DNA of 64,000 nt from Podarcis filfolensis (GCA_964270895.1 OZ185447.1); one strand, 5' to 3'; counted from the stretch's first letter, positions 36,679 to 49,228 are shown. Notes: generated by a model not told the origin, from the sequence alone. Made by a program: numbers and translations.

Positions 36679-38599
36679 ATACGAAGTGAACGGTGGAATA
36701 GCAAATAGATGGGAGACTAGGAGAAGAACTGGCTTGCACTGGTGCAAGAGATAGTGCACTTGGCAGTCAACTTAGATGAGATGGAGTGCAATATTGGACT
36801 GTTAAGGAGCAGAGGTTCAGCGCTTCTGAAGTTTAGCAATTAAATGTCAAGGTGGGGAACGTTTTTTTCCTCCTCAGTTTACTTGGAAGTCTGAACTCTC
36901 CCTGCATTTTTAAGCATAATGAGGCAAAGCCTCCTTTCTGACTATTTTGCTATTACAGGTAAACTAGGAGGAGGAAGTCAAAATTCCTAAACAAGGGGAA
37001 GTTTTCCAACTACATCCCCAAGCAAACAAAGGAACAAATTAAAGGAGCTGTGCTAAAATTTGGGAGTGCAATAAGTCATGTAAAGAGCCTTCCTTCCTTA
37101 TATATTTATGCTTTGTTATTTTGAAAGGCATTTTTACCTTTTCTAGTCTTCTCTGGAGTGTCTGCAAAGTAGCTGATGTGGTGTGCCTATCTCTTAAAGA
37201 AGCTAGAGCAGACTCCCTGAAGCCTGAAGGAGATAAGAGGCAGGGATAAAGTAGCAGCAGGTGCTCCTGTTTCTGCAAAACAACTTCCTTGCACAGAACC
37301 TCAAGATAGATCTCCACATCCTAGGTCCTCTTCCCCCCCCCCCAGTTTGTAAAGAGCCAGACGGTATACAAGAAAGACTTGCCAAGTGATTCACAGGTCA
37401 ACACTGGATTTAAACCATTCTTACAGGGCCAGAGAAGTCAACACCTAGCAGATTTACTTGCACATAAATTCCTTTGAAATGGATGGGCCATACAAGTGTG
37501 CTGAACACTAAAGCCTTGAGACTGCTATGCACATGTACTTAGATGTGACTAACCCGCCGGTTTTTAATTGTTTCAATGTCTTACAGGATTCACATTTATT
37601 TTATTTTTATAGTTTTATTCTGTTTCAAGCCTCCACCCTGGACTCTATTAATGCTTGTCAGTAAACAAAATAAAAACCTACTTCAGTCTCTGGTCCTGAC
37701 CAAATAAAAACAGAGGGGCAGCCATAATAGATCTGTTGCAAGACTAACTTTCATTTTGTAGCACCTTAAAAAAACTAACAAATGTCTTAACATTGAAGGA
37801 ACACAAAGTCTCTGTTTTTATGTGGAAATAAGTCCCACTTAACTTAGTGCAATTTATTTCCAAGTAAATATTCAAAAGACCAGTGTGCACAATTTATTAA
37901 TGTCCCAGAAATGCCTTCACCTAAAGTGGGTCCTGCAACAATTGTTTAAAAAAGAAAGAAAAATGGGATAGAGAAGGGACAGTGTATGCCTATACTACAA
38001 GTTTACATTAATTCCACAGTTTGAATTACTATGGAGTAAACCGCTCCACCCTCGAATCTTGGGAATTGTACTTTTGTGCAGGGGCAAAAATTCAGTGCTA
38101 CAGACCTCTTCATCTTACAGCTCAATTCAAGGTTCTAATACTGGAATATGGATCCTTTGACCTTCCAGGTGTTGTTGGACTCCAACTCCCAGGAGACCCA
38201 GCCAAGATGGCCAATGTCAGGGATGACTGGAGTTGTAGTCCACCAACATATGGAGGGCACCAGGCTCCCAAGTCCTTGTTCTAGTATGTCTGTAGTGCGC
38301 ATGTGCTTGAGAGGAGCTACACATCTTAAAATGTAGGTCCTAGATCTGGACATCAGAGCTACCCACTTGCAAATTATTCTTATGTTAGGTTCTTATGCTT
38401 TTGGAACAACCCCCATTGTAATTAATATAAAAGTAAGATTGATAGCTTCTGCCTATCAGAACACCGTTGTAGTTTTGTCTAGGTAAGGAGATAGACCAGG
38501 GCAGCACTTGGCTTTTGTATTTTCAGAAATGAGGAATTAGCCATTTTATTTTTCTCTCACTTAGTAGGCCTTGGTAGAACCTGAAGCCTCCATATCATA

Positions 38600-38790
38600 G
38601 CATCAATTGAAAGTCTGCTACCACCTCTCACATTCCATCTTAACATTCTTACCACTTGCAACCTTTATCACTAGCTTCCTCCATTTTTGTCGGCCTGATG
38701 AAAGGTTCTGGAGAACTCGAAAGCTGACCACACTATCTTGTGACATTTTGGTTGGCCTAAGAAAGGTATTACCCCAGCAGCGTTTTGGAT
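38600..38790 (+). mobile_element. Penelope-like element terminal remnant with hammerhead core
   Basis: CTGATGA-hairpin-CGAAAGCT followed by gttggcctaagaaaggtattacc, resembling reptile Penelope termini as I recall them. Confidence 0.6.
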
Positions 38791-41049
38791 TACGTCTTAG
38801 GGACCAAAACCGCTGCTTTGCTTTTTGTGGCACCCTGGAGTATATTATAATGATGAAGATGCATTCCTTATCCTGGTTTTATGGTTAGACTGCTGACCTA
38901 CTCCCCTCCCACGTCCTTTCTGCACCATATCCTGTCTCCACCCACTCGCACAGTTCAGGTTTATAGTGCAGCTGAGCCATTTAACTTCATTGCATCAATG
39001 ATGGTCCAAGTGCAAGAACACTGACGTTTGCATCCCACCCCCCAGCTGGCTGACACTTTCATACCAAACAAGCTGAGAGCATTTAGCTCCCTTTTGGGGT
39101 TGAACCACCATAAATTTAGCATTTGCATTTTTAACTGCTTATGTCTGCATCTGGCTTTAACAAGTTTCTAGATTTCAAGAGGCATAAATTCAACTTGCTG
39201 ATAAGTTGTATGCCTAGTTAAGACAATGGGGAGCTCACCCATGTGTATGAGTAAGCTATTTATAAGTAGCACTAAGACAAGATAGGCTACTGATAGCTTG
39301 GATTTCAATATCAAAACTCTACTCGTACTTAATTACAACACTATTACTAAATTCCAACCTTATTACCTGTTACTGTAATCTAGCTGTATTCAGAAACGTG
39401 GATATGGGATACATGGACTAGACCCACAAAGCATCTCAGACAGACTTACTATGCCACTGTCTGAGGAGTGCCATAAAGACTTTTTTTTATTCTGCTTTGA
39501 TTTTAATCAGTAAACCTCCTGCTGTGCCAATTCTTTTTAAACTGACCTAGTTGTTTATGCCGCTCCCATGCACTGTTTTTGCTGTTTATATATCGTGTTT
39601 TTAAAACTGCAATAAAAATGAGATTTTAAAATCTGGACAACACCTCAGGGACCCATTTGGGGCTAAAAAGATGGGTGTAGAAATGTTGTGTGTTTGGTTG
39701 GTTCCCCCCCCCCCCCTTATTTGAAGTTTTGAGCCAAATGCACCAAAAGGGTATCTCATAGGGTAAATGAGTGACATGAATGGTGGGGACTGGGGTGGCC
39801 CCAAGCTTGTTTTATACACACAGGAGTTCTTTAATTCTTTCTTTACTGAGAAATTGCAAGAGAGATTCCCAGGGAGTCTCTGCTTGAGCTGAAACAAAGC
39901 TGTGGGGCATACATTCTATTGGCAAATAAAGGCACAATATATCAGGAAACAGTAGGGATGGCTCAAGAGCGTATGTTCTGTGGGCATAAGGGTTCTGTGA
40001 ACATCTGAACCTCTGAAATGAATAAGGCACTAGGAACTGAAAGTAAAGAACCTGGAACAAGCCTCAACTGCAGGGTGGTTGTGAGGACACAGAACAGAAA
40101 GATTATAAAGCCGTACAGCATACACACTATATTTGAAGCATCACCTGACCCCCAGCACAAGGAATTCTGGGCACTGTAGTTTAAGATTTGCTGAGAATTC
40201 TGACTACTGTGCCTCAAATTCTCTGAGAGAAAGAATGCTTAAAGATAAGTGTGCTTGCAACTGTAGTCTGATCCTAAACAGCTAGTTAAGAGTGTGGTGC
40301 TGATAATATTGAGGTTGCAGGTTCGATCCCTGTATGGGACAGCTTCATATTCCTACGTTGCAGGGGTTTGGACTAGAACTAGATGATCCCCAGGGTTCCT
40401 TCTAACCCTACAATTTTATGAAGACTCAGAATTAAGCCTTGACCTACGCATAGCTACCTGGTGGTGGGAGAACCCACTTTAATGGGGATACTTCCAACCA
40501 AACATGCTTAGGAACAGGCTACAAATCTCAAGTAAGGCTTACAACTCACATTACAGTAAAAGATTTGCATGCAGGCTTCTTAGATGTAAGCCCCACAAAA
40601 CACAACGGTACTTCCTTCTGCATAAGCTTGCATACAGTTAGGGGACTGCCAAACCTGTTCTTTATAAATGATACAAGGCACCATATTTAATATGATTTGG
40701 GTTTTCGTTTATTAACTGGCATATGAATAAAGCAGTTTTGTTTAGTTTAGATTATGCATGCTGCTATACCATTAGAGGACTTCTCTCTTGCTGCAAGGTA
40801 AAAAGCAAGGTTTTTCAGAAAACTGCACGACCTGACACTCCCCACCCCCCAATGTACTGTATTAACTTCTTTTTTTAAAAAATGCATTCCCCAATTAGTC
40901 AGAAGTTTATTAGTAGAAGTTTTAAACTGATTAATCGACCTAATTAGTCAACGAGATGGAGCCTTAGATTCAGTAATACAGCCCTTTGTAACTTCTCCAA
41001 CATCCCAAGGGTTACTGAAAGAGATAATCGTGCACCTTTTCCTTACACA

Positions 41050-42150
41050 TAGGGGAAGCACCGCCTCCGTTGCCCAAAGTAAAGATGGTTCTTCCACCAC
41101 GAAGAACGCAGGCGGGGCCCCTAACCAAAGATGGCGGATCCAGCATCGGGGCGAGTGCGAACCGCACTGCACTTGAGGTCGCTCGACCTCGGAGTGCAGG
41201 AAACCACCAACGGTGCCCACCTCAAAAATGGCCGCCCCCGTTAAAGCGAGTGGAAGAGCTGCCCACAACCAAGATGGCCGCGGCACTTCACCGGCGACTG
41301 GTTCTCAGAGGCGCCAATCCCGACTCCAAGATGGCGGAGCGCCGTCGGCGTGAGGTGAGGTTTGTCTGCGTCACGTGACAGGCAGGACGGGGGTGTGTGT
41401 ATCCCCGTCGTGTGTCCCGGCGGAAGAGTGAAGGGAGTCGGCTGAAAGGTCGCAGCTGGAGGGAAAGGGAAAACAAAGCGGCGCGGCCTAGCGCTGGAGA
41501 ACCGGAGACACGCCAGTCACCACGGATACAGCCGAAGCCAACGCGGCGGCCGGGGCGCAGCCACCCTCGCTGCCTCCGCCGCCTCCTCCGCCGAGGATGT
41601 CGCGTAGGAAGGTGAGAGAGCGCAAACCGAGCCAAACCCCCTTCCCGTCTCCTCTCCTTTAGCTGCATAGACCGTCAGGCTCGAAAACCAGTTAAAAACG
41701 TAGGCCTTCAAGCCCCTGCTTCATCTCGCGTCTTGATTGGTCGCCGCTGCCTCCCGCCGCAACTTCTATGGCCATCTTCGCCATCAGTCAAGCGCAGCCC
41801 CCACCCTGAACGGTTATTTGTTTCCCTCCACCCTTTCGGTGATTGTTGTGTCCCGCCTCCTCTCGTTGCTCATTGGCTTCGGCGCTGAAATGCCATTGGC
41901 TGCTTTCCCTATCACTTCCTACTGGCGCGGTTTTCTTTTCCCCTCCTCCCCCGTCGCTCCTGTTCCCAACGACTTCATACTTGGCTAGGTGCCTTGGGAG
42001 CGGGTGTTGAAGTAGCTGCTGATTGGCCGGGCATTCTGGCCTGAATTGGCGTCCACGGGGTCCCGCCCCTCTCTTCTTTCTCCGTTTCCCATTGGGAGAC
42101 ATGGTCGCGTAAAGGTCCTCCTCCTCGCTGTTATGATTGGAGGAGAGGGA
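41050..42150 (+). promoter_or_regulatory. KAT7 CpG-island promoter with YY1-type motifs
   Basis: CpG-dense; AAGATGGCGG or AAAATGGCCGCC motifs at 41128, 41225, 41271 and 41328; GC box ggcggggc near 41111. Confidence 0.85.
41597..41611 (+). CDS. KAT7: KAT7 coding exon 1 (MSRRK)
   Basis: gaggATGTCGCGTAGGAAG|GTGAGA; human begins MPRRK with the same 15-nt coding portion; lies in a CpG island. Confidence 0.9.
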
Positions 42151-45093
42151 AAATGGCACAGAGGGTTCAAAACACAGCAAGCAAGATGGACTGGACCATG
42201 GGGATGGGTAGCAGCCATGGCTATAGTTTTGTGCCTACTTGGGTGTAAATCCCATGGAATTCAATAGGGGTTTCTTATAAGTAAATCTTCTTACAATCGG
42301 TCTGCATGTATAAAAGGATTGATCATTCTGGCTGCAAACCCAAGGCGTTTTTTTGCAACTATCTAGTTTTAAGTACAGATAGAATTAGTTTTATTTCAGG
42401 AGAGTAGGAATTTTACACATTTTTAGAGGACTTTCCATAGTCTCTTGCAACAAAGGAAGGGAGGCTGCAATGTGAATGACAGTTCACCAAGAGGTTTAAT
42501 AATAGGACATGTTTCGTAGTAGCTGTATCTTGAATTGGGCTGCAGTCTTGGTTTTGAACCATCGAGTCTTTTAAGTTGGGCAAGAACCAAGTTTTGCTAC
42601 CCTGTACAGATCTAGCTTAAAAGAGGAGATTTCTAGCCCACAGCATGTTAAACATGCAGTTGTTGCTCACAAGGAGCCTGGAAGGCTCAAAGTTCCAATC
42701 TTCATATTGCTTTTTAAAATGTATTACTTTTATGAGACACACACATGCATATACACCATGGGGGTTCACCCGATTCCTACCTGCTTAGAATCAGCGTTGC
42801 TGTAGCATCTGGTCCTTCCAGGTTGTTCAGTGATCTCATTAGTCTGTATATTAAAAAGTGCCTGTTTCGCTAAAGGTTCACAGCAACAAAATATAACATT
42901 TAGCAGACCAGTTTTGTTACTTGTGCAGATTGTCTTAAAGCAACGAGTAATAACCTCATTTCATGCAAGTGGAAAGGAGGAACAAATATTGGGGGAAAGA
43001 AAGCCATGGGGGGAGAGAGGGAGAAAGAGAGAAGGGGTAGGATAACCTACTTTAGGCTTTGGTCCTGACCACATTTGTCTCCAGCTACACCCACCATGCA
43101 GCTCCACAATATATTACCCCCAGGTAAATGTGGCCCTCAACAGAAAAAAGATTGACTGCCCCAGTCATAATCAGAAATGAATTGGGATGGCACCTGCAGC
43201 ATTCGAAGACCCAGCTTCATATCTGTTTGGAGTGCTATATAAATGAAATCCTCATTCCCTGCAACTCTAGATTATTTTCTTCCCCTTCCCTGGTATCCCT
43301 CTTGTGTCACACACATCGTTACAAGTGGGGAAATACAGTCAGAGGAAAAACAAAAAAAAAAAGTGCGAGGAATTACAATAGAAATCGGAAAGCATGATGG
43401 GGGAATTTGCTCTCATGGTCAAACTTAAGGTCCTGAAAGAATCGTGAGTCATAGGAGGGCTATTCTTTATGCTTGTTCAGTCCTGCAGTGGAAGCCAAAT
43501 TGAGATGTTTGCCTTTCCCTGCAGTGTGCTGGCTTGTCTCACATGCTTGAGTCTCTTGTAGAGCCATCTGGTCTGCAGCCCCCCTCTATGCAACACACCT
43601 GGTGTCTGCTCCTACTCTGACTGCTGAATATATTGCACCAGCTGTATGTGAGGTGGAGTGCTTTATGCTTGTGTACCTGGATTGTGTACAATCTTCCTTC
43701 CTTTCCCACCTACCCCCTACAGGCAGCAATAGAACAGATTTCCCTATCACTGCATTTCTGTCACCTGTTATATTTCTGCCTGCCCTACCCGAACCAGGCA
43801 GCAACTCTTGAATGTGTGGGAAGTGGCTGATGGGTGAACGGTCTTTCATCTGTTGCAATGTCGTGATCCTACAAAAAGAGAATTGTTTTGTGACAGGTTC
43901 AAAATTGATGCCAATAGTAGCAGACTGTGAGTTCAAGAGCCAAACTCGGCTACTCTTTCCTGCAGAGTAGATAATAGGTTTCCATGCTTGTAGTGAAAGA
44001 TGCATTGTGCTGGCAAAAAAGGAAAAAAGTTATTGGCTTTAGGCTGGCTATTTAAAAGGAGCAGCAGCTGCTTCTACAAATACAATGTTTGTTTCAGACT
44101 TGAGGAAAGCTAGTCTGTGTAGTAGGTTTGGGAACCTGTGGCCCTCCAGATGTTGTTGGAGTATAAATTCCATCCTGCCTAACTGTTGGCTGTGCTGGCC
44201 AGGGCTGATGGGCATTGGAGTCCATCTGAAGAGCAACAGGTTTCCCATCCTTGCTGCATAACTTTAAGTGGATTGCTGTGTGTCCCTGGATGAATTGTTC
44301 AGCTATAGCTTTTGTTCCCTGGGTTTTGAGATCTCACCCGTTTGGTGGCAATTGCAAAAACAGTCTTTTGCTCAGAGTGTGTTGATTCCTGTGATGTGAA
44401 GATTGTGGTATACACAAACTGGGTGGAGTTGCCACTTTTTGTCTGGTCCTGTGTCTTTTTAACAACAGAAATCAAGGAGGTGAACCTTTACCGCCACTTG
44501 TCTTTATGCTAGGAAGAAGAACTGCCTGCACACTTGAGGCTTGCTAATGCAGTGTACCATATCCTCCCCTATTGTGTTGACTGAATGAGTGTGAGACTTG
44601 GGTTACAGGCACAATATTCTCCTCAGGCTGAAGACAGTTTTGAAGTTGTGGCCAGCATACAACCGAGCTCATTTCTTCTGATGGGATTCTTCCTGTTGCC
44701 TTCTAGACAAAGTTCTGGAGAGTTTGGTTTGACCTATGCAATCCCTCTTGACTGAAATCAGAGATCAGTACCGTCACCGTGTCCCATTGCAATCCCATAT
44801 ACTAAATGAGCACTCACATATAGCTGTATGCACGGTCCGGACAGCAAGAGCACAGAGAGAAATATTCTTGTGGGTGTGTGGAGATTCACCAGTGCTTTAG
44901 CCTAAGCGTTTTGTTCCAATCGGTTGTAAGAGGTTTCTGTTTTGGCTTGGTATTTCTGCAAGCACAGTGCGCAATACTTTCAAGTTTACGATATCCATTT
45001 TTCTGAAACATTTTAGTTAGTGCTGCTCCTCAAGGAGCAGACCCCAGATAAATGATGCATGTTGCTTATGTGGCTGAGTCTTTGGCCTTTCAG

Positions 45094-45241
45094 AGGAACG
45101 CAGGCAGCAGTTCTGACGGAACCGAAGACTCCGATTTCTCCACGGACCCAGAGCATACAGACAGTTCAGAAAGTGACGGGACGCCACGCCAGTCTGCGCG
45201 TGTGACTCGCTCTTCTGCCAGGCTCAGCCAGAGCTCCCAAG
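45094..45241 (+). CDS. KAT7: KAT7 exon 2 ([21 protein letters not shown]...LSQSSQ)
   Basis: Near-identical to the KAT7 N-terminus; tttcag acceptor; G|GTAGAG donor; 148 nt. Confidence 0.97.
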
Positions 45242-46018
45242 GTAGAGCGTTTGAATGTTTGGTCTTAAGCCTTATTCTAAATGGCATGAGCTGTATAATA
45301 AGCTGGTGTCTCCCCACCCCACTCCATATGCAGGCACAGCCAAAATCTTAATTGAAGACATGCTAACTTTAGTCCTACCCACCCCTGAAGCCCTGTAAGC
45401 CATTGCACGTTCTGCATTAACCACCTTGTGGACCTGCAACAGGTCAGTCTGTAAGAGAATGACCTCTAAATAATAACACCTTTAAAACAAGCTTGAGCAT
45501 CAAGTTGAGGATATTGATGGGTCAATAATTAGGATTCTGTCTCCCTGGAGGATTTCCAGACTTTTGTTTGGTGTATGCAAAGAAGCAGCAAGGAGAGGCA
45601 TTGCAAATGTTGGGTATTCCAGTATTTTTCCTATATTCCAGAGAGAGGCTGAGAGAGTGGCTCTGAGATCAGATCTGAGTTGGGATTTGAACCCAGGATC
45701 TGCTCGCTCACATCCGTAACTTATACTGGCTCTCATATACTCAATATCTGAACTTGGACGTGGAGTAGTATCAGAAAGAAGCTCATTTATTACCTTGCTG
45801 TTCTTTGCTCCTTAACTTGTGCTTTTGAAAATCCTGGCTATATTAAAATTCTTAAATCTTCAGAACGTATATTGATGTTGGGAAGGCAGTCTGCACTGTG
45901 TCCTTCCATGCAGGGGGCAGATATTTTTGCAGTGTGAGTGTTTCAGATGGTTTCTCCCAGTGAAACACTTGTGTGTGTGTTTCCCCGCTTCCTTACCTCC
46001 CCATCCTCTTAAAACTAG

Positions 46019-46195
46019 ATTCCAGCCCGGTTCGCAACCCACCATCGTTTGGAGCAGAGGAGCCTGTTTATTCCACCCGGAGGGTAACCCGTAGCCAGCA
46101 GCAGCCCACACCCGTGACTCCCAAGAAATATCCCCTTCGACAGACCCGCTCATCAGGATCTGAAACGGAGCAAGTGGTTGACTTTTCAGATAGAG
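46019..46195 (+). CDS. KAT7: KAT7 exon 3 (DSSPVRN...[27 protein letters not shown])
   Basis: Protein match; ctag acceptor; G|GTTTGT donor; 177 nt. Confidence 0.97.
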
Positions 46196-46508
46196 GTTTG
46201 TAAATGGCTGGGCAGGATGTACCGTGGCTAAAACTGGCACAGATCATGCTGAATTTCTTTATACCATGTTCTTCATCGGATTTCTTTAGAACTTTGATGA
46301 CTTCTAGGTTAGGTTGAGGGGCAGTAGCTTAGCCAAGGCTGCTTTCGAAATACTAGTTGCTGTGTTGATCCCAAAGAGACTGAAAGCACAGCTGAGATGA
46401 TGCCCAGTTGAAATCGCCTTTTATCTGCGTCTCTGATTTCTTTCTCCATTTCGAGATCACCCTGACAGTTTTGGTCAGGAAAACAACAATACATTTCCTG
46501 GTACAGTA

Positions 46509-46920
46509 CAGTCATACCTCGGGTTACAGCTGCTTCTGGATGCGTTTTTTCGGGTTACGCACCCGCCGAAACCCGGAAGTACCGGAACGGGTTACTTCCG
46601 GGGTTTTGGCAGTCGCGCATGCGCAGAAGTGCTGCTGCGGATTGCGAACATGCATCCTGCACGGACCACATTCGCAACCCGAGCGTCCACTGAACAGTGG
46701 TACCTCGGGTTAAGTACTTAATTCGTTCCGGAGGTCCGTTCTTAACCTGAAACTGTTCTTAACCTGAGGTGCCATTTTAGCTAATGGGGCCTCTTGCTGC
46801 CGCCACACCACTGGAGCACGATTTCTGTTCTCATCCTGAAGCAAAGTTCTTAACCTGAGGTAATATTTCTGGGTTAGCGGAGTCTGTAACCTGAAGCGTA
46901 TGTAACCCGAGGTACCACTG
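46509..46920. mobile_element. Two abutting Tigger-like MITEs (46509-46692 variant; 46695-46920 orientation A)
   Basis: TIR pairs cagtcatacctcgggtt...aacccgagcgtccactg and cagtggtacctcgggtt...aacccgaggtaccactg. Confidence 0.85.
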
Positions 46921-47029
46921 TATTGCTTTTTTAGGCCTGGCATTTTGACCTATAAGGGATTCTGGGGAGGACCCCCCCCCCCCGTTTATTGGGCTCTGCT
47001 CACTTTTGTAACGTTGTGACTCTACGCAG

Positions 47030-47269
47030 ACACTAAAAACGCCGCTGACCACGATGAGTCGCCACCCCGCACGCCGACTGGGAACGCCCCGTCTTCCGAG
47101 TCCGACATCGATATCTCCAGCCCCAACATGTCTCACGATGAGAGTATCGCCAAGGATATGTCCATGAAGGATTCGGGGAGTGACCTGTCCCATCGTCCCA
47201 AACGCCGCCGATTCCACGAGAGCTACAACTTCAACATGAAATGCCCGACACCCGGCTGCAATTCATTAG
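47030..47269 (+). CDS. KAT7: KAT7 exon 4 ([26 protein letters not shown]...[11 protein letters not shown])
   Basis: Manual translation matches KAT7, including the start of the CCHHC zinc finger; cgcag acceptor; AG|GTACGG donor; 240 nt. Confidence 0.97.
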
Positions 47270-47386
47270 GTACGGTGGAACCTTCCATGATCTGAGATTT
47301 CCTTAGCGGACTCTCCTCTTGCCCAAATCCCCCACGTGCCCTTTCTTGTTACCAGCCCTAAGGCGTGTTCCTTTGGCTCTCCACAG

Positions 47387-47469
47387 GACACCTGACGGGA
47401 AAACACGAGCGGCATTTTTCCATATCTGGATGCCCACTGTATCATAACCTTTCAGCGGACGAATGCAAG
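47387..47469 (+). CDS. KAT7: KAT7 exon 5 ([28 protein letters not shown])
   Basis: Second half of the CCHHC zinc finger; ccacag acceptor; AAG|GTAATT donor; 83 nt. Confidence 0.97.
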
Positions 47470-48657
47470 GTAATTTATTCTCTTGGAAAATGAGTTTGTG
47501 GCAGTGGAAAGAGATCAGTCAGGAGGAATGGCATGGGGAGAGGGGAGAATTACAGCACAGTTCATCCCACCCACCGTCTCTCCTCTTTTCAGTGCTGCTT
47601 TGCAGGAGAGACAGTGTTTGGACACACAGCATGGCCATGTAATGTGCAGCACAGCCTTTGCCAACTTGCTGACCTTCAGATGTTTTGGATTACCATTTCT
47701 ATCAGCGGTGCTGGCTGGATCTGATGAGAGCTGTAGTCAAAACCATCTGGAGAGCACCAGGTTGTCAAAGACTGGTGCAGTTCCTCTCCTCTGAGTGTTG
47801 TGATTTGTGACACAGAAACAAACACGGGGACAAAATTCTCACGGGAAGCACGCTATTTGAAGCATACGTAGGAATTTCTGTTCTCAGGCTTGTCCAAAAA
47901 TCCAGCAAGCCTATGATTTGAGTTTTAAAATGGTTATTTGAAACTTGAATCGAACCCTTCGTTTGTAGGCTTTGGGTGAGTCTGTATGTTGGTATTCAAA
48001 ATTTCAGTTTACAAATTTCCTTTTTGTTTTGCTTTTCCAAGAAAGTTAACATTTAAAAAAAAATTAGTATGCTGTTGAACACCAGCTGTTTGCAGCAAAT
48101 GTCTCTGTGTGTGATATTCAAAGTCTTTTTTGCACATGACTAAGATTATTTACTAGGGACTCTGGTAGTGACTGCTGAAATGAACTTGAGGTGGTAAAAT
48201 GGGGCAGGGAGAGGTGATCAGATTTTCTCATATTGAATGCGAGTGTAGGAATTAGTTAAGTTATTCTTTGTTTTGTAAAATTATATCCTACATCTTCAGC
48301 CACCATGGTTTCTGGGGCAGAAGACAATGCAAAAATACAACAATGAAATCTAAAAATCCACCTGTAATTTGGGGCAGAAATTCCTGATGGAGCTGCATAG
48401 CTTGAAGTGGGGCTTGAGCCCTGCCTCTTCTCTTTTGAAACATCAAACCTTGTTTGGTCAATTATGAATTGAGGGCTTATGGTTCCTTGGATGTTCCTTT
48501 CCTGCATGCAAACCTCAGAGATGCCTGGGCTCAGGGCCAACGGTACCTTAACTCCCTCATATTGTGGTTTTGGTTGGGCTGTTTTTACATTATCTGAGCA
48601 AGAATTCGCATGGCGTGAGAAGGGAAGGATTGATATGATCTCTCTCTGGATTTCAAG

Positions 48658-48747
48658 GTGAGAGCGCAGAGCCGCGATAAACAAGTTGAGGACAGAATGC
48701 TGTCTCACCGACAAGATGATAACAACAGGCATGCTACCAGACATCAG
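48658..48747 (+). CDS. KAT7: KAT7 exon 6 ([30 protein letters not shown])
   Basis: Protein match; tttcaag acceptor; CAG|GTACTT donor; 90 nt. Confidence 0.97.
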
Positions 48748-49228
48748 GTACTTCCATCTTACATTTTTTACTTTTGCACCTTTATCAGGTATGCACTGGC
48801 TTTGACACCCCAACAGGACCATCTTTTTTCTAGTGATCATTGACACCTCAGTTTCAGAGGACAGTTAAAAAACAAAAAAACAACCAAGAATCAAAAGCAA
48901 TTTTGTGTGGAAATTCTGTCTGAACCTGTGTCTACTTATCTTGCTGACCACATTTTCTGAGTAATCTAAAACTTGTGTGGAGGAACGTTCCATTCTTCAG
49001 TTTTACCAAGAAAAGAATAAATGTGTTAGTTTCTAAAACAGTTAAATATAACTTGCCCTGTGATAACTTGAGAAGAATTCATGATTTGTGCCTTGTTCGC
49101 AGGATGTGGTTCTTTAGATTGAGTTTACTCTGTGTATGTTCATCCTTCAGCAGTAGCAATAGATATGTGTGAAACCCCACCAAGATCTATGGGTATAGGG
49201 CAGTATACAAATTTAATAAATAATAATA

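Noticed and set aside
38849-38898. Possible C/D-box snoRNA (ATGATGA...CTGA)
   Set aside because: Too short, intergenic, and lacks a terminal stem.
35100-41050. A single shared bidirectional promoter for FAM117A and KAT7
   Set aside because: There are two separate CpG islands about 6 kb apart with AT-rich, TE-containing sequence between them.
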